This document shows positions 56,690 through 64,000 of a stretch of DNA of 64,000 nt, in pieces. Where the stretch lies: the NCBI GenBank assembly GCA_965220765.1, contig OZ244847.1, positions 320,646 to 384,645 on the forward strand, read 5' to 3'. A program made the translations under genes and the position numbers. Every line of letters begins with the position of its first letter. Position 1 is the first letter of the stretch. The notes beneath the pieces are model-generated. The model saw only the letters and a list, made by a program, of their open reading frames with translations, was not told where the DNA came from and did no database searches. Source of the stretch: Candidatus Latescibacterota bacterium (GTDB taxonomy: Bacteria > Latescibacterota > UBA2968).

Positions 56690-57060
56690 ATTTCTGTTTA
56701 TGTTATTAATAGAATGAAAATATGTACTATGATATACAACAATAATAATAACGCTGTGGATTCTGTGGAAAAGGATCGAAAAAAAGAACAACTTACAGAA
56801 AAATAGAGGGATAAGAAAATCTCTGCCAATTTGACATTGTGTATTTCTGTGTGCAAAAAGTGTGGAAAAATGGTGTGGTTTTCCACATTTGAGCATGTGG
56901 ATATCTTTTTTACACAAAGAATCCACAATTTATCCAGATTATTTTCCACACCCAAAAACTTGTGCACAGGTCTGTGCACAGAGATCCTTTCTCTTTAAAA
57001 ATCAATGAGTTTTGATTTTTTTATCCAATGGCCAGGAAATTGAGTTATCCACATTGAAAA
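56690..57060. other. oriC candidate: AT-rich unwinding region plus at least 10 DnaA boxes
   Basis: Boxes: TGTGGATTC 56755, TGTGGAAAA 56764 and 56861, TGTGGTTTTCCACA 56874-56887, TGTGGATAT 56896, GAATCCACA 56919, TTTATCCAG 56929, TTTTCCACA 56942, TTATCCAAT 57021, TTATCCACA 57045; AT-rich 56690-56750. Confidence 0.65.
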
Positions 57061-57174
57061 AATCTACTGTTGATAGGTATATCAGGCTGGTGGAGAATTT
57101 TCTATTTTTCTTCCGATATGTTTATTATTGTTCTGTGTCGTCAGGTAGGCAATCACAACAATTATTCGCAGGAG

Positions 57175-57801
57175 ATGGTCGAGGTGCTGACTTATGATTC
57201 TCAAAAAGCGATGCGTGTGTTGTGCAAAAAGGATCGCACGCTCGGCGAATTAATCCAAAGGGCAGGACCAATAAATATTGAGTTTCCCAAACGATTAAAG
57301 CCTTTTGATGCGCTTTTGCGGTCGATTATCTATCAACAACTTTCAGGGAGAGCTGCTGCCACGATTCACAAACGGGTTCGCGCCCTGTTTTCAGGGAGAG
57401 ACATCAACCCGGATGAAGTGCTCGTGATGGATGATCAGATGCTTCGCAATGCGGGAATGTCCCGGGCAAAAGTAGCCGCAGTAAATGATCTCGCGCAAAA
57501 AACTATGGATGGGCTGATTCCCTCGGGGTCACGCCTTCGCGAAATGTCTGACGCCGACATTGTAGAAAATCTCACACAGGTGCGTGGCATTGGGGAGTGG
57601 ACCGTTCAAATGCTTCTGATGTTTCATCTCGGTAGGCCAGATGTACTCCCGACAAAAGATCTGGGGGTACGCAAGGGATTTATGCTTACTTATAGGTTGG
57701 ACGAGTTGCCAGCAGAAAAGGAATTGATGGTCTATTGCGAGCGGTGGAGACCTTATCGGTCAGTGGGGAGCTGGTATATGTGGCGAGCACTTGAATTGTG
57801 A
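57175..57801 (+). CDS. HhH-GPD base-excision DNA glycosylase (AlkA/3-methyladenine glycosylase II-like)
   Basis: ..LLRSIIYQQLSGRAA..., HhH motif VRGIGEWTVQMLLMF, catalytic Asp region; RBS AGGAG before ATG 57175. Confidence 0.7.
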   Translation: MVEVLTYDSQKAMRVLCKKDRTLGELIQRAGPINIEFPKRLKPFDALLRSIIYQQLSGRAAATIHKRVRALFSGRDINPDEVLVMDDQMLRNAGMSRAKVAAVNDLAQKTMDGLIPSGSRLREMSDADIVENLTQVRGIGEWTVQMLLMFHLGRPDVLPTKDLGVRKGFMLTYRLDELPAEKELMVYCERWRPYRSVGSWYMWRALEL

Positions 57802-57825
57802 GGATAAACTTTCATTATGATATAA

Positions 57826-59196
57826 ATGGAGCGGATTATGCCAAACCTACTCGTTTTATTGAGTGACCAGTTGCGCCGACAGGCTCTTGGAGTTCACGGT
57901 GACCCGGATGCACGCACACCGCATCTGGATGCCTTTGCACAACAGGGTGTGCGATTTGACAATGCGTGTTCCACGTATCCGATCTGCGTGCCTTTCAGGT
58001 TTACACTTATGACTGGAGAATATGCCCATGTCCGCAAAATACCCGGTATTGAATACGTTATGTCGTCAGAAGAACGCACGCTGGCCGATGAGTTTAATGA
58101 GGCGGGGTATGAGACCATTTATGTGGGCAAATGGCATCTCGATGGCGGGCACGGGCGGTTGGGATCTGCTTTGCAGGTCAACCGCACGCGAGTGCCGCGT
58201 TCTCGTCAAGGTCGTTGGCAAAAATGGTATGGTTTTGAGCTGCGGAATGATCCCTTTGATACCTGTTATTTTGAAGATGACGATCCCACGCCGAAAAAAA
58301 TTGAAGGGTATCAGACCGATGGCTTGTTTCAAATTGGTATGGATTATATAAAAGACCGCGTGGATGACCGTCCTTTTTGCATGGTCATTTCTGTGGAACC
58401 GCCTCACGATCCTTTTGTGGCTCCTGACGATGTGCAATCCGCCTGGGAAGCGAGAGATATTGTATTGCCCGAAAATTTCGATGTGGCGGATCCCATACAG
58501 CGGAAAAATATGATTCTCAATCGCAAGCGCTACAATGCGATGGTTGAGAATCTGGATGCTAATGTCGGAAAGATGATGGCTTTTCTCAAAGCGGAGGGGT
58601 TATTGGATGATACAATCGTGGTCTTTTTATCCGACCACGGCGAATTGGCGGGAGCACACGGTTTGCGTGCGAAGCAGTGGCCCTATGAAGAATCTGTGGG
58701 GATTCCGCTCATGGTGTGGGATTCTCGTGTGAGAGAACGCGCGGGAACGGTGATCAAGGATCCGACATGTACCGAGGATTTATTTCCAACATTACTCGGT
58801 CTGGCGGGGTTAACCCCAAAAAATAAGGTGCAGGGGGCGAACTTAACGCCTCTCATTCATGGGGATGTCAACGCGCTTGATCGCGAGGGCATTTTGCTCG
58901 AATTTGTTGCGGAACTGCGGGAACGGCCACCATTTTTTGATGAAGTCTGGCGGGGATTTCGCACGCGGGATTACAAATATACCGTGAAGGGAAACAACAT
59001 GGGCGGCAGACCCTGGCAATTTTTTGATCTGAAAAACGATCCCGGAGAAATGGATAATCTGGTAGATGATCCCAATTACCGCGACCAGGTCGCGCACCAT
59101 CATCGCTTGTTGTGCGAGCGGATGATTGAGACAGAGGATCACTTCGTCCTGCTCCCGGCGTTTGACAGTGAAGGTGTAAACGTCTGGGAGGAATAA
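57826..59196 (+). CDS. Cys-type sulfatase
   Basis: STYPICVPFRFTLMTGEY (CxPxR), metal-ligand residues, C-terminal FFDLKNDPGEMDNL. Confidence 0.8.
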   Translation: MERIMPNLLVLLSDQLRRQALGVHGDPDARTPHLDAFAQQGVRFDNACSTYPICVPFRFTLMTGEYAHVRKIPGIEYVMSSEERTLADEFNEAGYETIYVGKWHLDGGHGRLGSALQVNRTRVPRSRQGRWQKWYGFELRNDPFDTCYFEDDDPTPKKIEGYQTDGLFQIGMDYIKDRVDDRPFCMVISVEPPHDPFVAPDDVQSAWEARDIVLPENFDVADPIQRKNMILNRKRYNAMVENLDANVGKMMAFLKAEGLLDDTIVVFLSDHGELAGAHGLRAKQWPYEESVGIPLMVWDSRVRERAGTVIKDPTCTEDLFPTLLGLAGLTPKNKVQGANLTPLIHGDVNALDREGILLEFVAELRERPPFFDEVWRGFRTRDYKYTVKGNNMGGRPWQFFDLKNDPGEMDNLVDDPNYRDQVAHHHRLLCERMIETEDHFVLLPAFDSEGVNVWEE

Positions 59197-59198
59197 CT

Positions 59199-60287
59199 TC
59201 AGGGATTCCAGATTGTCGCGCCGATATAGCGTTCGCTTTCTGGCGTATCGTTATAATAATAGGCGGTTACAAGTGAACCGTCCGGCCTCAAAACAGTGCG
59301 CGGGTACCCGATATCCGCATTGCCACCATCTTCGCGCAGTACAATGTCCTCACTCCAGGAGGTTCCGGTCGTATCACTGATCCTGGCGCGGATGCCATAA
59401 GGTGCTGCGCGATAACCGTAAGTTAGAACGATCCGCCCATCCTTCAGAAGCGTCAGTGTTGGCGGGTTTCCCCCCTGTCCAGAAGCAGGTACAGGCCGAC
59501 CAACATGTGTCCATGTCAGCCCATTATCTTCGGATAAGTACGTATCAATCCAATGTTTAGACGCTGTAAATTCTCCGCGCTCCGTGCAACGCACAGCGAC
59601 GAGAATATGCCCATTACTGAGACGCAGACTCGCTGGCATAATCTGAAAACCCGCAGGCTCTTCACTCAGCCACGATAGAAATCCAAATTTGCGCCCACCA
59701 TCATAAGACCGCGCAGCAAATACGCGGCCTTCCAGCCCATTGCGCTTATTCGCCGTTAGAAATAGCGTACATTGATCCGCGCTATCCACCAGATAATCCG
59801 TTCGCGCAGCAATGCCAGTTTGCCCCCACATAGGGAGCCAGAAAGGACCTTGCCATGACTGGCATCGGTCCTGAGAATAGTACCAGAAGGAACAGACGCC
59901 AGGACCCAGGCCTGTCTTGGCACACATCAATGCGAAGCCGGGATGCGAAAAATCCACATTGCCCGGACAATCTATCGGCGCGTGTTCACCATCGAGCATT
60001 TCACCTACGCGCAATCCCTCATTCATGTGTTCGTCGGCTGATAATCCGCGATTTCCCGGGGTTTTGCACGGCATGGGTATTACTTTCCAGGTTTCGCCGC
60101 CATCCATGCTCCGCGCTTGCATATTCACAAATGGACGCTCTTTGTCTCGCGCGTGAAAACCGCCCTGGGGATCTGTATATCCCAGCGTAAATCCCAGCGC
60201 GGTCTCGTCACCCCACGACCACACGCCGTAATTTGCAGGCCAACCCGCAAACCGTCCCGATTCTCGGTACACTGTTACGTGTTTCAT
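59199..60287 (-). CDS. BNR-repeat (sialidase-like) glycoside hydrolase family protein
   Basis: Three SxDxGxTW-type repeats: SMDGGETW, SEDNGLTW, SDTTGTSW. Confidence 0.55.
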   Translation of the reverse strand: MKHVTVYRESGRFAGWPANYGVWSWGDETALGFTLGYTDPQGGFHARDKERPFVNMQARSMDGGETWKVIPMPCKTPGNRGLSADEHMNEGLRVGEMLDGEHAPIDCPGNVDFSHPGFALMCAKTGLGPGVCSFWYYSQDRCQSWQGPFWLPMWGQTGIAARTDYLVDSADQCTLFLTANKRNGLEGRVFAARSYDGGRKFGFLSWLSEEPAGFQIMPASLRLSNGHILVAVRCTERGEFTASKHWIDTYLSEDNGLTWTHVGRPVPASGQGGNPPTLTLLKDGRIVLTYGYRAAPYGIRARISDTTGTSWSEDIVLREDGGNADIGYPRTVLRPDGSLVTAYYYNDTPESERYIGATIWNP

Positions 60288-61291
60288 AATTTAACCGTGC
60301 CATCTTCCAGCATGCTCAACAGTGCGGAATCATCTACATTTAGTGGTAATTCAACCTTGCCTCGGCGACGACTCGATTCATAAGTTGCAAAAATCAATTC
60401 TGTTGCTTGCAGTGCTTTGCGCCCTGAAAGTTCGGGTTCACGCCCGTTTTTTATGGCATCGACGAGGTCCAGCACGGAAACGGTTGTCGCATCGCGCTGA
60501 CTCACCATGCCGCTGAGGTCCACATCTATCTCCCGGGTGCCCGATACAGCGCGGAGTGGGCGAGCATCGCGGCCTCCAATTTCAATGAACCCTTCGCTCC
60601 CCACCAACCGATTCGCAATGCCCTGCATCCTGGTTATACCTGTAACCAACAATCCCTCGCGTCCGTTTTGATACCGAATCCACGAAATCCCGCTGCCTTC
60701 TACGGGCGTCCCAAATACCTCGCGCCCGCCTTCTGCGTCAATTTGCCCGATTACCCACTCGGCGGGCTCATCGTCATTATAAAAGAAAAACATATCAAAC
60801 CAGTGCGTGCCCCAGTCAAACATGTTTGGACAATTGCCCTCAAAACGCCGCAGTTCGCCAATGGCGCCAGATTTCGCAATCTCCTTTGCCTTTATAAATT
60901 GCCCGGCAAATCGCCTCTGATGACAAAATGTAATGACCACGTCATTATCTACGCATGCTTGATATAGCGATTTTGCTTCTCCCCAGGTCGGTGCCATGGG
61001 TTTTTCGGCGTGAATGGCCTGTATTCCACTGCCCGCCGCATCCACAATCATATCGTGATGCAGTCCGGTCCAGGTGCATACGCTAACAAAGTCCAGGTCT
61101 TCTTTTTCCAACATGTCTCGGTAGTCTTCGTAGCCATTTTCAACACCAAATTCTTCCATATACGCCGAACGCGGCGCTTCAAACGGATCGGAGCACGCTA
61201 CGAGAACCACATCATCTGACGCGGTCCACCCGCGTGCGTGCGCTTTCCCTCGTCCCCCACAACCGATAACACCAGCTTTAAAATCTGCCAT
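60284..61291 (-). CDS. Gfo/Idh/MocA-family NAD(P)-dependent oxidoreductase
   Basis: MADFKAGVIGCGGRGKAHARGW Rossmann N-terminus; RBS AGGAG before ATG 61291. Confidence 0.75.
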   Translation of the reverse strand: MADFKAGVIGCGGRGKAHARGWTASDDVVLVACSDPFEAPRSAYMEEFGVENGYEDYRDMLEKEDLDFVSVCTWTGLHHDMIVDAAGSGIQAIHAEKPMAPTWGEAKSLYQACVDNDVVITFCHQRRFAGQFIKAKEIAKSGAIGELRRFEGNCPNMFDWGTHWFDMFFFYNDDEPAEWVIGQIDAEGGREVFGTPVEGSGISWIRYQNGREGLLVTGITRMQGIANRLVGSEGFIEIGGRDARPLRAVSGTREIDVDLSGMVSQRDATTVSVLDLVDAIKNGREPELSGRKALQATELIFATYESSRRRGKVELPLNVDDSALLSMLEDGTVKL

Positions 61292-61354
61292 TTTTTTCTC
61301 CTGATAAATGATAAAAAGAACTGTTACCCAAACGAGCGGCACGGAGCACAGCCC

Positions 61355-62326
61355 CTACGTTGTATAAATCGATGTTGCATCTACCACATACCCCTTTTGA
61401 TTATCCACCACATTTAACAGGGGTTCTCCGGCACAGAATCGCCGGACATTTTCTACGATTAATGCCTTTCTGCGCTTATCAATATCGGGCGAAACGCCGG
61501 CGACATGTGGTGTCAAAATTACGTTTTCCATGGACCACAGGACGTGATCTTGGGATAGTGGCTCTTCTTCATACACATCGAGACCCGCACCGCCGATCTG
61601 TCCAGATTGCAATGCGCTGGTCAGTGCGTGCAATTGGACTACTTTGCCGCGACCAATATTGATTAGTATTCCCGTATTTTTCATCGCGCGAAACATATCC
61701 GTATCGAATAACCCTTCGGTCTCGGCTGTATGCGGTACGCATATCACTACAAAATCCGATACACCGACCATATCCGAAAGTTCATCTGGGGAATAAATAC
61801 GCGCGATAAAATCGGGTTTTCCCTTTGGTGCAGGATCCATCCCCACCACGCGCATGCCAAATACCGGTCCCCGCTCGGCAACGGCTAACCCGATGCCACC
61901 CAAACCGACTACGCCCAATGTCGTTCCCGCAAGATGGATAACCGGTGCGCCTTTTTCCCATTTGCTCTGAGATTGATTGCGAATATAGTGATGCAGTCCG
62001 CGCGCAAATGCCATCACCATTGAAAAGACGTGATCGGCGATTACATCGCTGTATATCCCGCGGATATTCGTCACTGTTAAATCGCTTTGCCGCAGTTCTG
62101 GAAAGTAATATCCATCCAGCCCGGCACTCGTCGCCTGCACCCATCGCAGTTTTTTCGCTGCGTTCAAGATCTGCGGGGACATGCCGCCGAAATAGGCATC
62201 TGCATCGCCAATTTCGGATAATAAGTCTTCTTCGGACTTCATAACCACAGTTTCCACACCCAGGTCGCGGATCTGCTGCATGTATTCATCTTCCAACGCC
62301 CGCTGCAAAACCATTTTTATTGCCAT
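61355..62326 (-). CDS. D-isomer-specific 2-hydroxyacid dehydrogenase family protein
   Basis: GVVGLGGIGLAVAERG NAD motif; catalytic R/E/H pattern; RBS GGAGG before ATG 62326. Confidence 0.7.
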   Translation of the reverse strand: MAIKMVLQRALEDEYMQQIRDLGVETVVMKSEEDLLSEIGDADAYFGGMSPQILNAAKKLRWVQATSAGLDGYYFPELRQSDLTVTNIRGIYSDVIADHVFSMVMAFARGLHHYIRNQSQSKWEKGAPVIHLAGTTLGVVGLGGIGLAVAERGPVFGMRVVGMDPAPKGKPDFIARIYSPDELSDMVGVSDFVVICVPHTAETEGLFDTDMFRAMKNTGILINIGRGKVVQLHALTSALQSGQIGGAGLDVYEEEPLSQDHVLWSMENVILTPHVAGVSPDIDKRRKALIVENVRRFCAGEPLLNVVDNQKGYVVDATSIYTT

Positions 62327-62342
62327 TTTACAACCTCCAGTA

Positions 62343-63614
62343 CTATGCTTGCCAGGGCACACTGCCATTTTGCTGCATTTCCGTCTGCAACAACTCACCC
62401 ATCTCTCGAAATGCGCCTGTTTTTGCCTGGTCTGATGTTTCTTGAGGGTCATTGCCCAGATCGTAAAGTTCCAGCGGTTCAAAAGGGCTGTTGTGCAGCA
62501 ATTTGATATTGCCGCGTCGAACAGCGTGCTGGTTTAGTCCGAGAAATGAGTTGCCCCCGTCTTTTCGAACCCAGTACATCGCGCGATCAGAAAAATTCTG
62601 GTTTTCTCCTCTCAGCGTTGGCAAAATGGACAGTCCCTCAATATCGTGGTTGACCGATACACCTGCTGTCTCGCAGGCTGTGGGGAACAGGTCCATGAGC
62701 ATCGCAACGTTATCACACACCTGGCCTTTTTCGATACCATCTGCCCACATTGCACAGGTGGGTACCCGAATGCCGCCTTCATACATCTGTCCCTTTCCGC
62801 CTTTTAAATCTCCGTTGGTCGCGCCCACATTTAACTGTCCGCCATTGTCTGACGTGTAAATCACGAGTGTATTAGCGAGTTGTCCGGTGTTCTCGAGCGC
62901 GTCCAGGACCCGACCAATGCCCGCATCCATGTGCTCGACCAGTGCGATGTATTTCACCCGTTCGGGTGAGGCATCAGGTTCGCGCTGGCGCACCCGTTCA
63001 ATCCAATCCTCTGGCGGTTGAATGGGTGTGTGTGGCGCATTATAAGCCAGATAAAGAAAAAACGGCTGTGACGAATGCGCGTGTCCGCGAACCACTTCTA
63101 TTGCCCATTCTGTAAATAAATCCGTCGCGTGTCCACGCGGATCAATTACTTCGAGGTCCTTCCGCATGTAATTCTGGTCATGCCGCAAATGCGTGTAATA
63201 ATCGTCCATCATGTCGCCTAAAAAACCGTGGAAGTGATCAAATCCGCGCTTGCACGGGTGGTTTTCTGGTTCGAGACCGAGGTGCCATTTTCCAACAATT
63301 GACGTGTGGTAGTCTTTTTGTTTCAGCATTGATGGCAGTGTTATGGCATCACGGCTGAAATATCCCCAATTACTCTCTGGATACGTGCGAATCACGCCAG
63401 GCACGCCAACCCGATCGGGATACCGCCCCGTCATCAATGCTGCGCGACTGGGGGAGCACACGGATGAATTTGCGTAGAATTGTGTCAAGCGAATGCCGTT
63501 TTCAGCAATGCGATCGATATTTGGTGTTTGAATATGCGGTCCCTGATGCGCTGAGATATCGCCGTAACCGTGATCATCGCCCAGGATTATCAAGATATTT
63601 GGCAACTGTGCCAT
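62343..63614 (-). CDS. Cys-type sulfatase
   Basis: ILGDDHGYGDIS...NSSVCSPSRAALMTGRYP (CxPxR); RBS AAGGAG before ATG 63614. Confidence 0.8.
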   Translation of the reverse strand: MAQLPNILIILGDDHGYGDISAHQGPHIQTPNIDRIAENGIRLTQFYANSSVCSPSRAALMTGRYPDRVGVPGVIRTYPESNWGYFSRDAITLPSMLKQKDYHTSIVGKWHLGLEPENHPCKRGFDHFHGFLGDMMDDYYTHLRHDQNYMRKDLEVIDPRGHATDLFTEWAIEVVRGHAHSSQPFFLYLAYNAPHTPIQPPEDWIERVRQREPDASPERVKYIALVEHMDAGIGRVLDALENTGQLANTLVIYTSDNGGQLNVGATNGDLKGGKGQMYEGGIRVPTCAMWADGIEKGQVCDNVAMLMDLFPTACETAGVSVNHDIEGLSILPTLRGENQNFSDRAMYWVRKDGGNSFLGLNQHAVRRGNIKLLHNSPFEPLELYDLGNDPQETSDQAKTGAFREMGELLQTEMQQNGSVPWQA

Positions 63615-63725
63615 TTCATCTCCTTTAATAAACTTACATGTGCCGGAGCATGTCGCCGTATTTCCAACTCTGCTCCGCAATATTTTTCCGGATTTTATCA
63701 TTTTGCATGACTAAAAACCCTCCTC

Positions 63726-64000
63726 TTACTCATTGGGACGTTTTCCAATTGTGTCCGCGAGGTGATCCATCAGGTCATCGAGTGCTTGCCGCGATGTGCG
63801 ACCGCGAAATGCTTCGAGTGCCGGGTCGTTTGTTTCCACCATCCATTCTTCGAGCGCGTTTCTCAAGCTCTGAATTTCATCGGCGTAATTGGGATCATCA
63901 ATGAGGTTGTTCAGCGCGTTGGGGTCGTTTTCAAAATCGTAAAATTCTTCGAGTACGCGATAGCTGAACAAATTGTTTCGCGCAGCCAATTCCGAATCGT
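63726..64000 (-). CDS. sulfatase C-terminal region, 5' part beyond the window edge
   Basis: FYDFENDPNALNNLIDDPNY typical sulfatase C-terminal motif; frame open to nt 64000. Confidence 0.5.
   Translation of the reverse strand, partial: DSELAARNNLFSYRVLEEFYDFENDPNALNNLIDDPNYADEIQSLRNALEEWMVETNDPALEAFRGRTSRQALDDLMDHLADTIGKRPNE

Noticed and set aside
56681-56979. Two minus-strand ORFs (81 and 93 aa) downstream of dnaA
   Set aside because: They lie inside the DnaA-box/AT-rich oriC candidate, with AT-rich low-complexity translations and no RBS.
1-64000. tRNA, rRNA, tmRNA, RNase P RNA
   Set aside because: A visual scan of intergenic regions found no T-loop/acceptor-stem signatures or rRNA-like conserved stretches. 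This is not an exhaustive search, and tRNAscan/Infernal would be needed.

Overview
This 64 kb window is a bacterial chromosomal segment that spans the replication origin: rpmH-rnpA-yidC-mnmE-rsmG on the minus strand (50.3-54.6 kb), dnaA on the plus strand (55.2-56.6 kb), and a dense DnaA-box cluster just downstream of dnaA (about 56.7-57.06 kb). Left of the origin is an accessory-looking region. The most unusual locus (21.0-34.3 kb) encodes an alpha/beta hydrolase, a 3,352-aa type I polyketide synthase with a full reducing loop plus C-methyltransferase, followed by a second KS and a catalytically dead, truncated AT. The PKS has no terminal ACP or TE; instead a separately translated 79-aa ACP gene and a permease follow it. 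The PKS ORF is much more GC-rich (about 63-70%) than its operon partners (about 47-50%). A second candidate novel system is a four-gene plus-strand operon (11.05-19.5 kb): two paralogous large polytopic membrane proteins flank a GT-C/GT39-like glycosyltransferase with TPR repeats, followed by a secreted TPR/GWxTD-domain protein. The operon is driven by a textbook leaderless promoter. Other content: - a three-gene RHH/Phd/VapC toxin-antitoxin cassette inserted into the 3' end of nupC, flanked by 40-bp direct repeats - five sulfatase-family genes, one of which lacks the formylglycine Cys/Ser - two PhyH-dioxygenase/sugar-acid operons - a SulP-STAS-cNMP fusion transporter - a dockerin-bearing secreted protein - a dTMP kinase with a 150-aa C-terminal extension - a second DnaA-box cluster about 10 kb from oriC - several palindromes and terminators. 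No rRNA, tRNA or CRISPR was recognised. All calls rest on reading motifs in the supplied translations and sequence; no database search was possible.
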